DNA from: Mobula hypostoma
Taxonomy: Eukaryota
Assembly: GCF_963921235.1 (NCBI RefSeq)
Contig: NC_086108.1
Location: 28,026,001-28,090,000, forward strand
Length of the DNA stretch: 64,000 nt
Reading direction: 5' to 3'
In this document: positions 38,771 through 52,223 of the stretch, piece by piece
How the letters are laid out: every line of letters starts with the position of its first letter
Position numbering within the stretch: position 1 is the first letter of the stretch
Notes under the pieces: model-generated
Seen by the model: the letters and a program-made list of their open reading frames with translations, nothing else
Database searches by the model: none
Told to the model about the DNA's origin: nothing
Program-made: the position numbers and the translations under genes

Positions 38771-39370
38771 TAAGAGGGGTGGTTGATAAGATTGTGGCCT
38801 AAGGTAGAAGAAGTCAATTTTAGAAAAACTACCACATTTATTTTTCAACATAGTCCCCTCCTACATGTACACACTTGGTCCAGCGGTCGTGGAGCATACG
38901 GATCCCTTCTTTGTAGAAGTGGTCCACAGCAGGGGTGATTGATAAGTTCGTGGCCTAAGGTAGAAGGAGATGAGTTATTAACTTCAAATTTTCTGCATTA
39001 TCACTCAAAGAGTTGAACTGCACATGCATGTAACGAGAGTGTCGTGGACCTCCAGGTGGTCCACAGCAGGGGTGATTGATAAATTCGTGGCCTAAGGTAG
39101 AAGGTGAAGAGTTATATAGCTCTCGTTACATGCACGTGCAGTTCTACTCTTTGAGTAAGAATGCAGAAAGTTTGGTTAATAACTCATCTCCGTCTACCTT
39201 AGGCCACGAACTTATCAATCACCCCTGTCGTGGACCACTTCTGGAGGTCCAAGACACTGACTTCTACAAAGAAGGGATCCGTATGCTCCACGACTGCTGG
39301 ACTAAGTGTGTAAATGCAGGAAAAATAAATGTGCTCGAAATGACTCCTTCTACCTTAGGCCACGAATTTA
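38771..39370. mobile_element. Mariner-derived foldback element with multiple TIR copies
   Basis: Five copies of (ggggtgattgataagttc)gtggcctaaggtagaag; FYKEGIRMLHDCWTKCV (mariner transposase C-terminus) on both arms. Confidence 0.85.
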
Positions 39371-39989
39371 GGAATCTCTTCTTGTACAAGCCAGTTACAG
39401 CATCATCTTCTCAATAAGACTAACCAAAATTAATTTACATGGAAGACCATTATCTTTGACATGGTCATATAGAAATACAACATGGACACAGGCTCCTCAT
39501 CTCACCAAGTCTGAGTTAATTATCAACCACCTATAGTACTGTGCAAAAGTCTTATGCACATATTGTATATAGCTAAACTGCCAAGTCTTTTGCACAGTAC
39601 TGTAGTAATTTTATGTATTGCGCTGTCCTGCTGCCACAAAATAAACACAAATCGTAAACACAAAATCAACTGCAGATGCTGTGATCAAAGCAACACTTTC
39701 AGTACGCTGGATGAACTCAGCAGGTCGGGCAGCATCAGTTAGAAACGATGAATCGATGTTTCAGGCCGGAACCCTTCGTCAGGACTGAAGAATGAAAGAT
39801 GGGGAAGGATTTTAAGAACGCTTGTAGCTGCAGTTGAGAGACCAGTAATTTGAAAGACAAAGGGGTGGGGGAGGGGAATCATTGACGTCATGGCCTTGAA
39901 AACAATGCGTAGTAGAAGAAGGAGGCAGAACCATGAGGGAGCTGGGGGAGGGGTGGAGTGAAATAGGGATAGAGGAAGGGAGGGGGAGG

Positions 39990-41376
39990 GAATTACCGTA
40001 AGTTGGAGAATTCTATGTTCATATCAAGGGGCTGGAGACTACCTAGACGGTATACGAGGTGTTGCTCTCCAACCTGAGTTTAGCCTCATCATGGCAGTAG
40101 AGGAGGCCATGTATGGACATATCTGAATGGGAATGGGAAGCAGAGTTGAAGTGGGTGGCTACCGGGAGGTCCTGTCTGTTGTGGCGGACAGAGTGGAGGT
40201 GCTCGACGAAGCGGTCCCCCAATCTGCGTCGGGTTTCACCGATGTAGAGGAGTCCACACCGGGAGCACCGGATGCAATAGATGACCCCAACAGACTCAGA
40301 AGTGAAGTGTTATCTCACCTGGAAGGACTGTTTGGGGCCCTGAATGGTTGCAAGAGATGAGGTGTAGGGACAGGTGTAGCACTTACGCTTACAGGGATAA
40401 GTGCCGGGTGGGAGATCAGTGGGGATGGATGTGCAGATAAGGGAGTCGCGGAGGGACAGATCCCTGCGGAAAGCGGAGAGGGGTGGAGAGGGAAAGATGT
40501 GCTTAGTGGTGGGGTCCTGTTGAAGGTTGCGGAAGTTGCGGAGGGTAATGTGATGGATCCAGAGGCTGGAGGGGTGGTAGGAGAGGACAAGGGGAACTCT
40601 GTCCCTGTTGTGGTTGCAGGAGGATGGGGTGAGGGCCAAAGTGCGGGAAATGGAGGAGATGCAGGTGAGGGCATCCTTGATGATGGTAGAAGGGAAACAA
40701 CGATCCTGAAAGAAAGAGAACATTTGAGATGTCCTGGAACGGAAAGCCCCATCCTTGGAGCAGATGCGGCAGAGACAGAGGAATGGGAATAGATAATGGC
40801 ATTTTTGCATGTGGCAGGGTGGGAAGAGGTATAGTCGAGGTAGTTATGAGAGTCAGTGGGCTTGTAGAAGATGTCAGTGGACAGTCTGTCTCCAGAGATG
40901 GAGACTGAGACATCGAGAAAGGGGAGAGAAGTGTCTGAGATAGAGGAAGTGAACTTGAGGGCTGGGTGGAAGTTAGAAGTAAAGTCGATGAAATTGGCGA
41001 GCTCAGCATGGGTGCAGAAAGCAGCACCAATGTAGTCGTCAATGTACCGAAGGAAAAGTTGGGGAGCTGTACCAGAATAAGTTTGGAGCACAGACTGTTC
41101 CAAATAATCAATGAATAGGCAGGCGTAGCTGGGTCCCATGCGAGTTCCCATAGCTACACCCTTAGTCTGAAGAAAGTGGGAAGAGCCAAAAGAGATTAAG
41201 TCTGAGAACCAGTTCCGGGCTGGGACCGGGGAATTGGAAGTTATTGAAGAGGTGGAGGGCATGGGATGTATCCCGGATGTAGGTGGGGAGAGACTGAACT
41301 ATGGGTGACAAAATGGAGTCCAGGTAGGCAGATACAAGTTCAGTGGGACAGGAGCAGGTAGAAACTATGGGTCTAC
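39990..41376 (-). pseudogene. PLE RT + GIY-YIG endonuclease, left arm (frameshift, internal deletion)
   Basis: RPIVS..PTELVSAYLD, GVAMGTRMGPSYA, LRYIDD, YKPTD. Confidence 0.9.
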
Positions 41377-41377
41377 T

Positions 41378-42538
41378 ATGGGAACTCTCATGGGACCCAG
41401 CTACACCTGCCTCTTCGTTGGTTATGTGGAACAGTCTGTGCTCCAAACCTATTCTGGTACTGCTCCCCAACATTTCCTTCGGTACACTGACGACTACATT
41501 GGTGCTGCTTCCTGCACCTATGCTGAGCTCATCAATTTCATCGACTTTACTTCAAACATCCACTCAGCCCTCAAATTCACTTCCTCTATCTCTGACACTT
41601 CTCTCCCCTTTCTCGATCCCTCGGTCTCCATCTCTGGAGACAGACTGTCCACTGACATCTTCTACAAGCCCACTGGCTCTCATAACTACCACGACTATAC
41701 CTCTTCCCACCCTGCCACATGCAAAAATGCCATTCCCTATTCCCAGTTCCTCCGTCTCTGCCGCATCTGCTCTGAGGATGAGGTTTTCCATTCCAGGACA
41801 TCTCAAATGTCCTCTTTCTTTAAGGATCGTGGTTTCCCTTCTGCCGTCATCAATAATGCCCTCACCCGCATCTCCTCCATTTCCCGCACTTTGGCCCTCA
41901 CCCCATCGTCCCGCCACCACAACAGGGATAGAGTTCCCCTTGTCCTCACCTACCACCCCACCACCCTCCGGATCCAGCACATTATCCTCCACAACTTCCG
42001 CCACCTTCAACAGAACCCCACCACTAAGCACCTCTTTCCCTCTCCACCCCTCTCCACTTTCAGCAGGGATCGGTCCCTCCGCGACTCCCTTATCCGCACG
42101 TCCATCTCCACTGATCTCCCACCCGGCACTTATCCCTGTAAGCGTAAGTGCTACACCTGTCCCTACACCTCATCTCTTGCAACCATTCAGGGCCCCAAAC
42201 AGTCCTTCCAGGTGAGACAACACTTCACTTCTGAGTCTGTTGGGGTCACCTATTGCATCCGGTGCTCCCGGTGCGGCCTCCTCTACATCAGTGAAACCCG
42301 ACGCAGATTGGGGAACCGCTTCGTCGAGCACCTCCACTCCATCCGCCAAAACAGATAGGATCTCCCGGTAGCCACCCACTTCAACTCTACTTCCCATTCC
42401 CATTCAGATATGTCCATACATGGCCTCCTCTACTGCCATGATGAGGCTAAACTCAGGTTGGAGGAGCAACACCTCATATACCGTCTACGTAGTCTCCAGC
42501 CCCTTGGTATGAACACAGAATTCTCCAACTTCTGGTAA
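41378..42538 (+). pseudogene. PLE RT C-terminal half + GIY-YIG endonuclease, right arm
   Basis: LRYTDD, PFLD, YKPT, VTYCIRCSRCGLLYISET..RFVEH; premature stop at 42356-42358. Confidence 0.92.
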
Positions 42539-43299
42539 TTCCCTCCCCCTCCCTTCCTCTATCCCTATTTCATTCCACCCCCTCCCCCAGCTCCCTCATG
42601 GTTCCGCCTCCTTCTTCTACTACGCATTGTTTTCAAGGCTATGATGTCAATGCTTCCCCGCCCCCACCCCTTTGTCTTTCAAATTACTGGTCTTTCAACT
42701 GAAGCTACAAGCATTCTTAAAATCCTTCCCCATCTTTCATTCTTCAGTCCTGACGAAGGGTTCCGGCCCAAAACATCGACTCATCGTTTCTAACTGATGC
42801 TGCCCGACCTGCTGAGTTCATCCAGCGTACTGAAAATAAACACAAATGTCATGACATATGTGAGTGATAATAAACCGATTCTGATATGGGTCTTCATCAT
42901 TGACTGACAGTAGGAATGGGGTAGGCGAGGGAAATCATGGTGGAGAAAAGGGGAAGGGAGGGGGGAGGGAGCCAGATGCATCAGAGAGACATTCTGTAAT
43001 AATTAATAAACCAATTGTTTAGAATCAAATTACCTTGCCTAGTGTCACAGGGCTGGGTGCATCTACACCCACACCATTCCCCTCCCACCCCGATACTCCT
43101 TCTCTACCATCTGTTCCTTACCCATCCCACAATGCTCCACCCTCACCATTTTCAACTTCCTTTGCTCCCACCAGATTTACAAATCTTGCTTTCTGTTCCA
43201 CGTTGACAAATGCCGTGCTGTGTAAATGTCTTAGGCACTCTAGCTATATCTGTGTGCCGAAGACTTTTACACAGTACTGTATTTTCAGATGGTAATCTA

Positions 43300-43470
43300 C
43301 GTATTTTCTTCATGCTTCCATCAATTGTCCCCAGATTTCACCATCCACCACTACACTAGGGGCAGCAAACATACCAATCTGCATATTTCTTTGATGTGAG
43401 AGAAAGCCAATACACCCAGAGGAAATCCATACAGCTGCAGGGGAACATGCAAACTCCACACAGACAGTGG
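43300..43470 (-). mobile_element. V-SINE/HE1-like SINE fragment
   Basis: cacccagaggaaatcca..ggggaacatgcaaactccacacagacag. Confidence 0.6.
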
Positions 43471-43571
43471 ACTTACCTATTAACCTCAACCCTCCAGACC
43501 TGCCTACTTGAACCTCTAACCCTAGGACTCTTACTAATAATTACAAAAAAATACAAATAAAAGGAATAATG

Positions 43572-45380
43572 AGGGAGCATTCATGGACCTCATTGTCACG
43601 ACAACATCAGTTCCTGGCAGCAGGTGGATCCTCCAGGGCCTGGAAAAGCTCATCGCATGGGCAAGGATGAGCTTCAAACCAGCTAAATCCAGGTCCATGG
43701 CGTTGAAGAAGGGCAAAGTGGTGGACAAGTTTCGTTTTACCTCGGATGGCACTACAATTCCATCTATCACCGAGAAACCAGTCAAGAGCTTGGGAAAGGT
43801 CTTCGACTGTAGCCTCAGAGTTGCAGCTGCCGTCTGATCAGCTTCCAAGGAGCTTGAGAGCTGGATCACCACGGTGGACAAATCAGGCCTACCTGGAAGG
43901 TTCAAAGCCTGGATTTACCAGCATGGCATCCTACCCCGAATCCTATGGCTGCTACTGGTATACAAGATGCCTGTGACAACTGTGGGGTTGCTGGAGAGGA
44001 AGGTCAGTAACTACCTTTGAAGGTGCTGGGCCTACCTCGTAGTCTGAGTAGCGTAGCACTGTATGGAAGGTGCAATAAGCTGCGACTTCCCTTCAGCAGC
44101 CTGGACGAGGAATTCAGGGTTTCCCACACAAGAGAGGTGCTGCAGTACAGGGATTCCAAGGACCCTAAAGTGGAAGCAGCAGGCATCCAGGTACGGACGG
44201 GCAGGAAGTGGAAGGCACAGGAAGGGCTGGTGGTAGCAGAGTTCCGGCTGAGGCACAGGGCTCTGGTGGGGACAGTGTTAACTGGGCGAGCGGGGCTGGG
44301 CTCCATTTCACAACCTCGCCGTGACAAGGCCAAAGGCAAGGACAGACACAACTAGTGCTGGAGGAAGTGTGGGCTGGCATTGAAGAGGAGAGGACTAGCA
44401 GGATGGTGGGCATGTGGCAGCAGGAAGCATGGACAAGGTGGGAAGGTGCGCTGGATCGGAAAATCTCCTGGTCTGCCATCTGGCAGACAGAACCCCAGCG
44501 CATTAAATTTATGACCCAGGCTGTCTATGATGTCTTGTCAAGCCCTGAAAACCTCCATGTCTGGGGCAAGAGCGATACACCAGCATGTCCTCTCTGTCCA
44601 GGAAGAGGATCACTGGAGCACGTCCTTAGCGGCTGCCCTAAAGCCTTGGGGGAAGGTCGCTACCGGTGGTGTCATGACCAGGTGCTGAAGACAGTGGCAG
44701 AGGGCACTGCGATGGCCATGACCACCAGCAAACAGAGTGGTCGGAGGAAGAACATCTCCTTTGTCAGAGCCAGAGCACAGCCCTTACGTCAGCCCAGACC
44801 AGCGTCATCATCGGGCCTGCTTAGCACCGCAGCAGACTGGCTGCTTCAAGTTGACCTGGGGAGGCAGCTGAAGTTTCCCAACCAAATAGCAACAACTTCA
44901 CTGAGGCCGGATGTGGTCCTTTCTTCAGTGTCCTCGAAGCAGGTTGTCCTCATAGAGTTGACAGTTCCCTGGGAGGACCGCATTGAGGAGGCAAATGAGC
45001 GGAAGCAGGTCAAGTACCAGGAGCTGGTGGAGCAGTGCTGGAGGCAAGGCTGGGAGGCTCGCTGTGAGCCCATCGAAGTGGGGTGCAAGGGTTTTGCCGG
45101 CCACTCACTCTGAAGAGTTTACACCCTACTTGGCATCACTGGGGCCGGCAAGAGGAAAGCTATCAGGACCATCACAGAGGCCACTGAGAGAGCCCCCAGA
45201 TGGCTATGGATCAGGCGGGGTGATCCGTGGGCCGATGCTGCTGGGACACAAGCTGGGGTCTGATCAACCCCGGTGGGGTCGCCTGGGCGAGGATGCATGA
45301 TGTTGAAAGACCCAAAACACCCGACGACCCCAGGTTACATCACTGACGATGTATCCCAGTGCATCCGCAGGATGTATCTC
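43572..45380 (+). mobile_element. 5'-truncated RLE-type non-LTR retrotransposon, HERO-like
   Basis: WARMSFKPAKSRS; CPLC..LEHVLSGC; RWCHDQVL; LRPDVV..IELTVPWE..ERK (restriction-like endonuclease); 3'UTR 45260-45380. Confidence 0.88.
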
Positions 45381-45554
45381 AGAATGATAAAGTGTGATGG
45401 CAGAAAGGTAAAAGCTGTTTCTGAATCATTGAGAATGGGTCTTCAGACTCCTATATTACTAATGAGAAGGGGTCTGGAATGGTGAGGGTCCTAGCTGATG
45501 AATGGCACCATCTTGAGACATTGCCTTTTGTAGGTATCCTTGATGATAGGCATT

Positions 45555-46150
45555 ATCTATTTAATATTTCTGCAACATTTGAGTAATATTGCAAATATAT
45601 TGTTTGATGAAACATTCTTTGTTTGTTTACATAATTCATTAATGGTTATATGTAAGAAGCACATAAATGGCATACATCATTATGCCACCAAGTCATATGT
45701 GCGTGTCTCACAAAGCATAACGGAATTAAGCACGCATCCTGACTCCCGCATTATTCTTTCGATTAATTTCTGGAGTTACAAAACGTAACGTGACAAGAAG
45801 GAAGTTTTGAAACAAACTACCTACTTGTTGAAGTGCAACATGTTTTTCTTCGAATGGCAGAAGGAAACGTTTGAATAAAAAAATAGCACAGCATGTGTTT
45901 CTTCGGAAGGCAAGGGAGGCATTAGAGTTAAAAAAAAGTCAGACCACAGACAAAATTTAGGGATTCATGAACAGAGAGCACTGTATGATAATAGCAATAA
46001 TAAATTATAAAAAAGCAGAAATAGGTGGCTAGTTTGGAAAGGTGGACACTTATGATTGCACAACAGATAACTAATTTATACTGAACAAATCCAGCAGCAT
46101 TTTGAAGCAAATGAAATAGCCAATGAAAAACGAGTGCCAGTGTTATTGTC
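45555..46150 (+). mobile_element. Decayed Gypsy 5' LTR plus gag N-terminus
   Basis: GKVDTYDCTTDN...QQHFEANEIANEKRVPV at ~46030-46145; AT-rich LTR-like sequence upstream. Confidence 0.6.
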
Positions 46151-49100
46151 ATAGGTGAAAAAATCTTTCTTGAGACTGCTGATGCCAGGCAACCTAAATG
46201 GCCAATGTTAAAGCTTAACATGGCAAATAGCTGAGTGACAGACAATTAGTTCTGTATTTAAAGGAGCCACAACCCTCTAAAAGCAGGTTTAGTAGCCTAT
46301 TCAACCTGCTGACCTGCCCTTCTCCCTGTATTCAAAGTGAATGTAACTGGTTAGGGTCAGGTTTGAGATTTCATACCATTCTCATCCTGATCTTTAGGAT
46401 TTAAAATTATCCTTTTGGGTTTTGCTGCTTTAAGTGGCCAGAATCTGATCCAAGTCTCTGCTGTTTCCTCCGGGTGCTCCGGTTTCCTCCTACATTCCAA
46501 AGGCACACTGGTTAGTAGGTTAATTGGTCTTTGTGAATTGTCCTGTGATTACATGTAAATAAGATGTAATGAATGGATCTGCTGAGAACAGCTTGCAAAG
46601 AATTGCCACGATCTGGCACCATCTGGTTTGGAGCCAACAGCTACACAACATGGAGACAACAATGCATTGTTATGAAGTGACTCTGCTGGGCGGAGATGGT
46701 GAACACAAACAAAGATATGCCAGTAAAGGACAAGCAAATAGTGGAATAGATCAGTACTGAGAAGGATTCAACCAACCATATGAAATAGTCATTCAGCAGC
46801 AGCTGAGCAGACAGCATGATGCACAAGGTTGTCTTTCAGAAAAATATAAACTTGGCCAGAAATTGCCACTGCTCTCCTACTTATTTAGGCATTCACAATA
46901 CTAAGCTTATCCAAATCTGCCAATGTCAGCTTGCTGTTAAATGACAGCAATATAATTCACAGTGGCAGGCCCTTACATGAGTTATTGTCAACATGTACTG
47001 TAGGTGGGCAGAACAAGCTCCACCAACTGAATAGATGACAAATCCATTGACTGATGGCTCTGTCAATTACTAAGCTCATCCTGCTGTCGTCTGTCAATAC
47101 TTCCGAATGTTAAGAAACTATTAAAAATCAAGGAAATTATTGCAAGATTTGGTTAAAAGTTAAACAATGAAGAACTCTCAAAAACAATTGTGAATGAACT
47201 AAACAATTCAAAATATGTAAATTAACATGTTCTTGACAAACGTTTCTCCCTACTGAAATGAATAGACTCCTGCCCCTGTGCCAAGTCTAGCACAGAAGCA
47301 CTAACGCAGTTGCACTTGGTTACTGGATGTCTCAAGGACCCCAGTGTCATCATACTGCCGTCAAATCATTGCCAAGGGCATCTAGAAAGTTTGAAACTTA
47401 CATGTCAGGCAACATTTAAAAAAAAACTAAGAAAAATGATGACAAGTAGGACTGGCAGCTCAGAGCATAATAACCAGCATTAGACAACAACTTCCAATTC
47501 TTAGTATCTACTGTAAACTCTGGAATGGGGAGATTTACTTTAAAAAAACAGATTGAATGGACAAAGTATATAATCACAAATGACTTGGAGGCGATTTCAT
47601 TTCAAGTTTCATTAATGTTGAGTCACATACCTAGGACTGAGAGAGAAGACTTTTTTTTGCACTCATACTTTTGTGAATCTTTGGAAGTTTCTACCCAGAG
47701 AGTTATGGATGTACAGCTGTGTAATATATGCAGGACCAAAATTGATACATTACCTGAAAGTATGAGGGTGAGGGAAAATTGTCATAAGGTAGAGGTTCTG
47801 CTGTGCTCTACTTGTTAATGTTTGCTTTGCATTATCAATGGATATAACTGGGGAAACTGGACTATGATCCACTGGCTTTTGTCATAATCCTGCTTCACGA
47901 TTCAAAATATACTATATTACTTTACATTATTCTATGAAAGTAACATCCTAATGCGAATTACAAGCATCTCCAGAAGTGCCAAAGGGCAAAGTGGAATGAA
48001 AAGCCAAATGGAACAACTTTGTTTTCTGTTGTTTTTTCTATGTGTTCAGCAAATGGAGTGGATATAGAGTAGGGAAATAAGGGAAACTTGCTAGGAAAAG
48101 GGCATTTTGCAAGTGAGAGCACTATAATCATGGATACCTACAACTTAAGATGATAGTGCTCCTGGAGAAAAGTGTCATTCTACCTAAGGAGATCCAAAAC
48201 AGCTAAAACAAGATTTAACCCACTTTTGCCAAAAGGTACATTTCCACTTCTGCATTCACATTGTTTTTTCAGCAAAGATTGCAGTTTTCTCAATCTCCTA
48301 GGTTCATGTTTATTTGACATTGTTAGTTTGTACAGGACTGCAAACAGTTTAAACAAACAAAATTATTATGCTGAGTCAGCAGGTGAAAGAGGGTAACAAA
48401 AGTAGCATCATCCAGTGCCGAGACAAACTGCTTGATTCCTGACAGTTGGACTTCACCTGCAGAATTCTGGCAGAACTTGAAAATCCAAAATTGGAAATCA
48501 ATGCAAACAGTCAAGTCCTTCTCCACCCCTGTACATATTGACTCGTGCTGACAATTTGTAGTCATTATTGACTGCTCAACCTTCCTTTTGACTCTATTGT
48601 CAGTGTAGGAGTGCCCGAAGTATTCCTCAGGAAGTGACGCTCACCAATGCAGGTCAATACCATGAGAAGTGCAGCAGGGTTTCAAACAAAACAAAATAAA
48701 CAACTCTCTTCCCGCCTCAGATGCTGTATAACATGTTGATTCCTGCACTAGGTTATTTGTTGCCCCAGATCCAGCACATGCGGTCACTTGTTTCTCTTGC
48801 TGTTCTTGGAAGTTCAGTTCCCTTGTTCACAGTATCCTAATGCTTCCATTCACCAAATTCCAAAACTGCAACAAGTTTCCTATGAACCAGATTTATAACT
48901 TTGCCTATGAACAGGCCTGACAGATTTTCCTTCGGTACACATTGGAGACTACTTGAGAAGCTCTCCAAGCTTCTTGAGTGAAGAGCAGTAAACACCATGC
49001 TGTCAAACTTTTATGTTAAAGGTTCACAATAATAGTCAGATTTATCTGCATGGTAATAATGTAAATGCAGCAAAACACAGTGACATACTGAAGACACTTA

Positions 49101-49641
49101 GGAAACAATAAATTTTCCATCTATATACAGCAATAGAAAAACATCTACCTCAGCACATAACTTTCATACCGTTTGATAACTTTTCTGCTTCTTGGAGAAG
49201 TGAATTTAGCAGATTACTCCATGCAACATTTTCATCTGATTGGAGCAGTCTGTCAGTCCGTTCAAACCAAGCCTAAACATTTGATTCCTCAAATTCCTAA
49301 CATTCATGTTGAAATTGTTAGGGGATCATCAGTCCAATTAGCACCTGAAATTCCTGCATTCAGGTGAGTAGCACCTTTGAGAGGTCTGTTTCTTGTAATG
49401 TTTTGGACTAGTGAAGAATTATCGGCTTTGGGGATTGAGGTGGGTAGTGATGTGGAAGCCTCTATGATCTTATTAAATAGCTTTAAGGTGCCATGATGCT
49501 TGTTTCTGCTTCTTTATCTTACATTCTGATAATCTTATACTTTCACAAAGTTTTCCCAACAAAATGCAAATGAATGAGGAATTCTCATGCATGAATTGTA
49601 TTCTCACTGATCACTGAGACAAAAGGAATTCTTACTCCAGC

Positions 49642-49877
49642 AACGTACATCAAAGTTGCTGGTGAAGGCAGCAGGCCAAGCAGCATCTATAGGAAGAGGC
49701 GCAGTCGATGTTTCAGGCCGAGGCCCTTAGTCAGGACTAACTGAAGGAAGAGTGAGTAAGGGATTTGAAAGCTGGAGGGGGAGGGGAGATAGATGCTGCT
49801 TGGCCTGCTGCGTTCACCAGCAACTTTGATGTATGTTGCTTGAATTTCCAGCATCTGCAGAATTCCTGTTGTTTGCG
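49642..49877. mobile_element. Two-armed PLE terminal insertion (mutated hammerhead 49703-49738, minus strand)
   Basis: 12-bp TSD tcttactccagc (49630-49641, 49878-49889); overlapping inverted arms. Confidence 0.92.
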
Positions 49878-50867
49878 TCTTACTCCAGCTTTCATTTTAT
49901 TTAAATGCTTCCTAACTGTAATAAATAACTGTAGTACAATCAATTATTGTACCTTCAGTTTTAACACATGCTCCCACTGTAACTGAATGGTAAATGGTAA
50001 AATTTCCTGAGCTGCCTACTTTTCTCCCTTCCTTCAAATGAATGACCATTCCCAGATGAATGGGGAAACAGAGAACCATTTTCATATTTCTTAGTTTATA
50101 ATATATTTCTTAGTGCAAAATAAGTCCTATGCAAATTAACTTTACACATCTGTACTCTATTTTTCAAAGAACTCCTCTCCCAGTGTGTGAGGAGCTCAGT
50201 ACATAAACGGTTCAATTGTTCCATTCTTCACATTGTCTTCCTAATGATCAAATTTCCTGAAGCAGAGGGTGAGTAAAAACAAGTTTTACTAACGTTATGA
50301 AGCACATGCTTGGAACCATGTAACATCAAACATTACCAATTTTTTTACTTCAATGCCACATTGGATTGGAAAAATATTGTGAAGTACCAGAAAAGAGGTG
50401 AATTTTCCTATGAAGTTATCTTTATCATTGACACAAAGTGGAGCCAAAAAATAGGAAATGCCCAAAAATCTGACTGTGAATCTGAGAGACTAAGTTCTAG
50501 GTAGACGGATTTCAGCCTCCTTCCAAGTCTGGGGCAGGGGAGGAGAGCATTGTCTGTACAAGCTAAAACCGGATAGGTTCTGTGAGGGAGAGGCTCAAGT
50601 GTTGACACAGTTGATGAATGGCTTCATGATTGGTTATTGTTAAATATGCTCTAGCACTTTGTTAAGAGCAACATCACTCTCTACAGAGAAACAGGACATC
50701 TGGTGTTATGTCGTGGTCAATGCTGTGACATCCTGTCTGTTTGATATCCCTGAATAATATTTATGTAACTGCAGGATTGAGAACTCCGAAATGCTCTCTG
50801 GTTGTATGAGAAAGCAGATGTGCTTATTAATAATAACATCAACATAAGCAAAAACTTGCATTTCTCT

Positions 50868-51323
50868 ATGCTGTCGCAGGAAAGCTGCATCCATCATCAG
50901 GGACCACTACCAGCCAGGACATGTTCTTCTCATTGCTGCCATTAGGAAGTTACAAGAGCCTCAGGACTCACACCACCAGGTTCAAGAACCTCAACTGTCA
51001 GGCTGTTGAACTAAAAGGAATAATTTCACTTGCCCCATCAATGAAATGTTCCCACAATCTATGGGAACTTTCAAGGACTCTTTATCTCAAGTTCTTAATA
51101 TTTGTTGCTTATTTATTATTTGTATTATTATTTATTTATTTTTGTTCTTGCAGTTATCTTTTGCACACTGGTTGAATGCCCAACCTAGTGGGGTCTTTCA
51201 TTGATTCTGTTATGGTTATTATTGTATGGCTTTGTTGAGTATGCCTGCAAGAAAATTAATCTCAGGGTCATATATGGTGACATACATGTAGTTTGATAAT
51301 AAATTTACTTTGAACTTTGACTT
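50868..51323 (+). mobile_element. Rex1/Babar-type LINE 3' fragment
   Basis: FSLLPLG..KSLRTHTTRFKN; tail aataaatttactttgaactttga. Confidence 0.8.
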
Positions 51324-51409
51324 TAATCCAGTAAAATATTCAGAAGCCTAGATTAGAGGAATGCCAACATCATTGAGGTTTTCAGGGCTGAATGAGTTTA
51401 CAGAAATAG

Positions 51410-51545
51410 TCACAAGAGACTGCAGATACTAGAACTCTGGACCAGTGCATTCTTGAAGGAACTCAGTGGGTCAGACAGTATCAATGGAGGGAAATAGACA
51501 GTTGACATTTTGGTTTGAGACCCTTCCTCAGGACTAGAAAGAATG
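51410..51545 (-). mobile_element. Old PLE terminal fragment
   Basis: ctgcagatact..ggaactcag..gacccttcctcaggact. Confidence 0.65.
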
Positions 51546-52223
51546 AGCAAACACAGCAATGAGTTCCTCGACCTCCTTGATGTGTTGCTACTGAAATACA
51601 GTGGCTGTTGGGGCTGGAGGAGGCACTGTAAAATCACGGAGGGATTTGTAAGCAAGAACAGGGAGCTTAACACTGAATTATTAACTGACATGCAGTTGGG
51701 AAGTCATAGAATTTCAGAGTAAATGAATAGTGGAAAATTTACAATACAGAGGTTAGTCAGCCCATTGTCTGGATAAAAAAAACTACATGGACTAATCCCA
51801 CTTTCTAGTACTGGGTCTATAGTTCTGCTGGTCATGCTCTACATTCAATTCTGTTCAGAGCTGCTGAGGGTTTCTGCCCCTACAGCCCATTCAGGTAGTA
51901 AATTCAAGACACCATCATCCTGACTGAAAATATTATTGCTCAACCCTGCTCCAATTCTTTCACCAATTTCTTTACATCCATACTCCTTGGTTTTTGGCCC
52001 CTCTGTTAAAGGGAAATAAATTCTTATTTACTCTGTGGAGGTCAGTCATAATTTTGTACATCTCAGTTGCCTCCCCTCAGCCTCCGCTATTCCAAGGAAA
52101 GCAACCCAAGCACATTAGCTGTAAAGCTAGCTTAGCTTAGGGGCTGCACTCTGGCACAGCTGGTGAAGCTGTTGCCTCACAGTGTCAGAGCCTGCTGTTC
52201 TATCCTGACTTCTGGTATTATTT

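Larger units (their letters stand above)
39653..42832. mobile_element. Penelope-like (Poseidon-type) retroelement as two opposed 5'-truncated arms
   Basis: Minus arm 39653-~41376, plus arm ~41376-42832; 15-bp TSD aaaataaacacaaat (39638-39652, 42833-42847). Confidence 0.95.
39534..43279. mobile_element. Tc1-like non-autonomous composite element hosting the PLE
   Basis: TA-flanked .agtactgtgcaaaagtctt / aagactttt.cacagtactg; each end is itself a ~68-bp hairpin. Confidence 0.7.

Noticed and set aside
41343..42215. Long Ser/Pro/Thr-rich ORFs (also 40315-41262, 40503-41111)
   Set aside because: Alternative frames of the C-rich PLE coding strand.
43480..43530. Telomeric repeat beside the HERO 5' end
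   Set aside because: Only one taaccct and degenerate neighbours; too weak.
45260..45380. Ribozyme in the HERO 3'UTR
   Set aside because: Hairpin potential exists, but I could not assemble a complete hammerhead or HDV core.
46550..50800. Host exons in the repeat-poor stretch
   Set aside because: No recognisable protein similarity or convincing exon structure by eye; small or non-coding exons cannot be excluded without RNA-seq.
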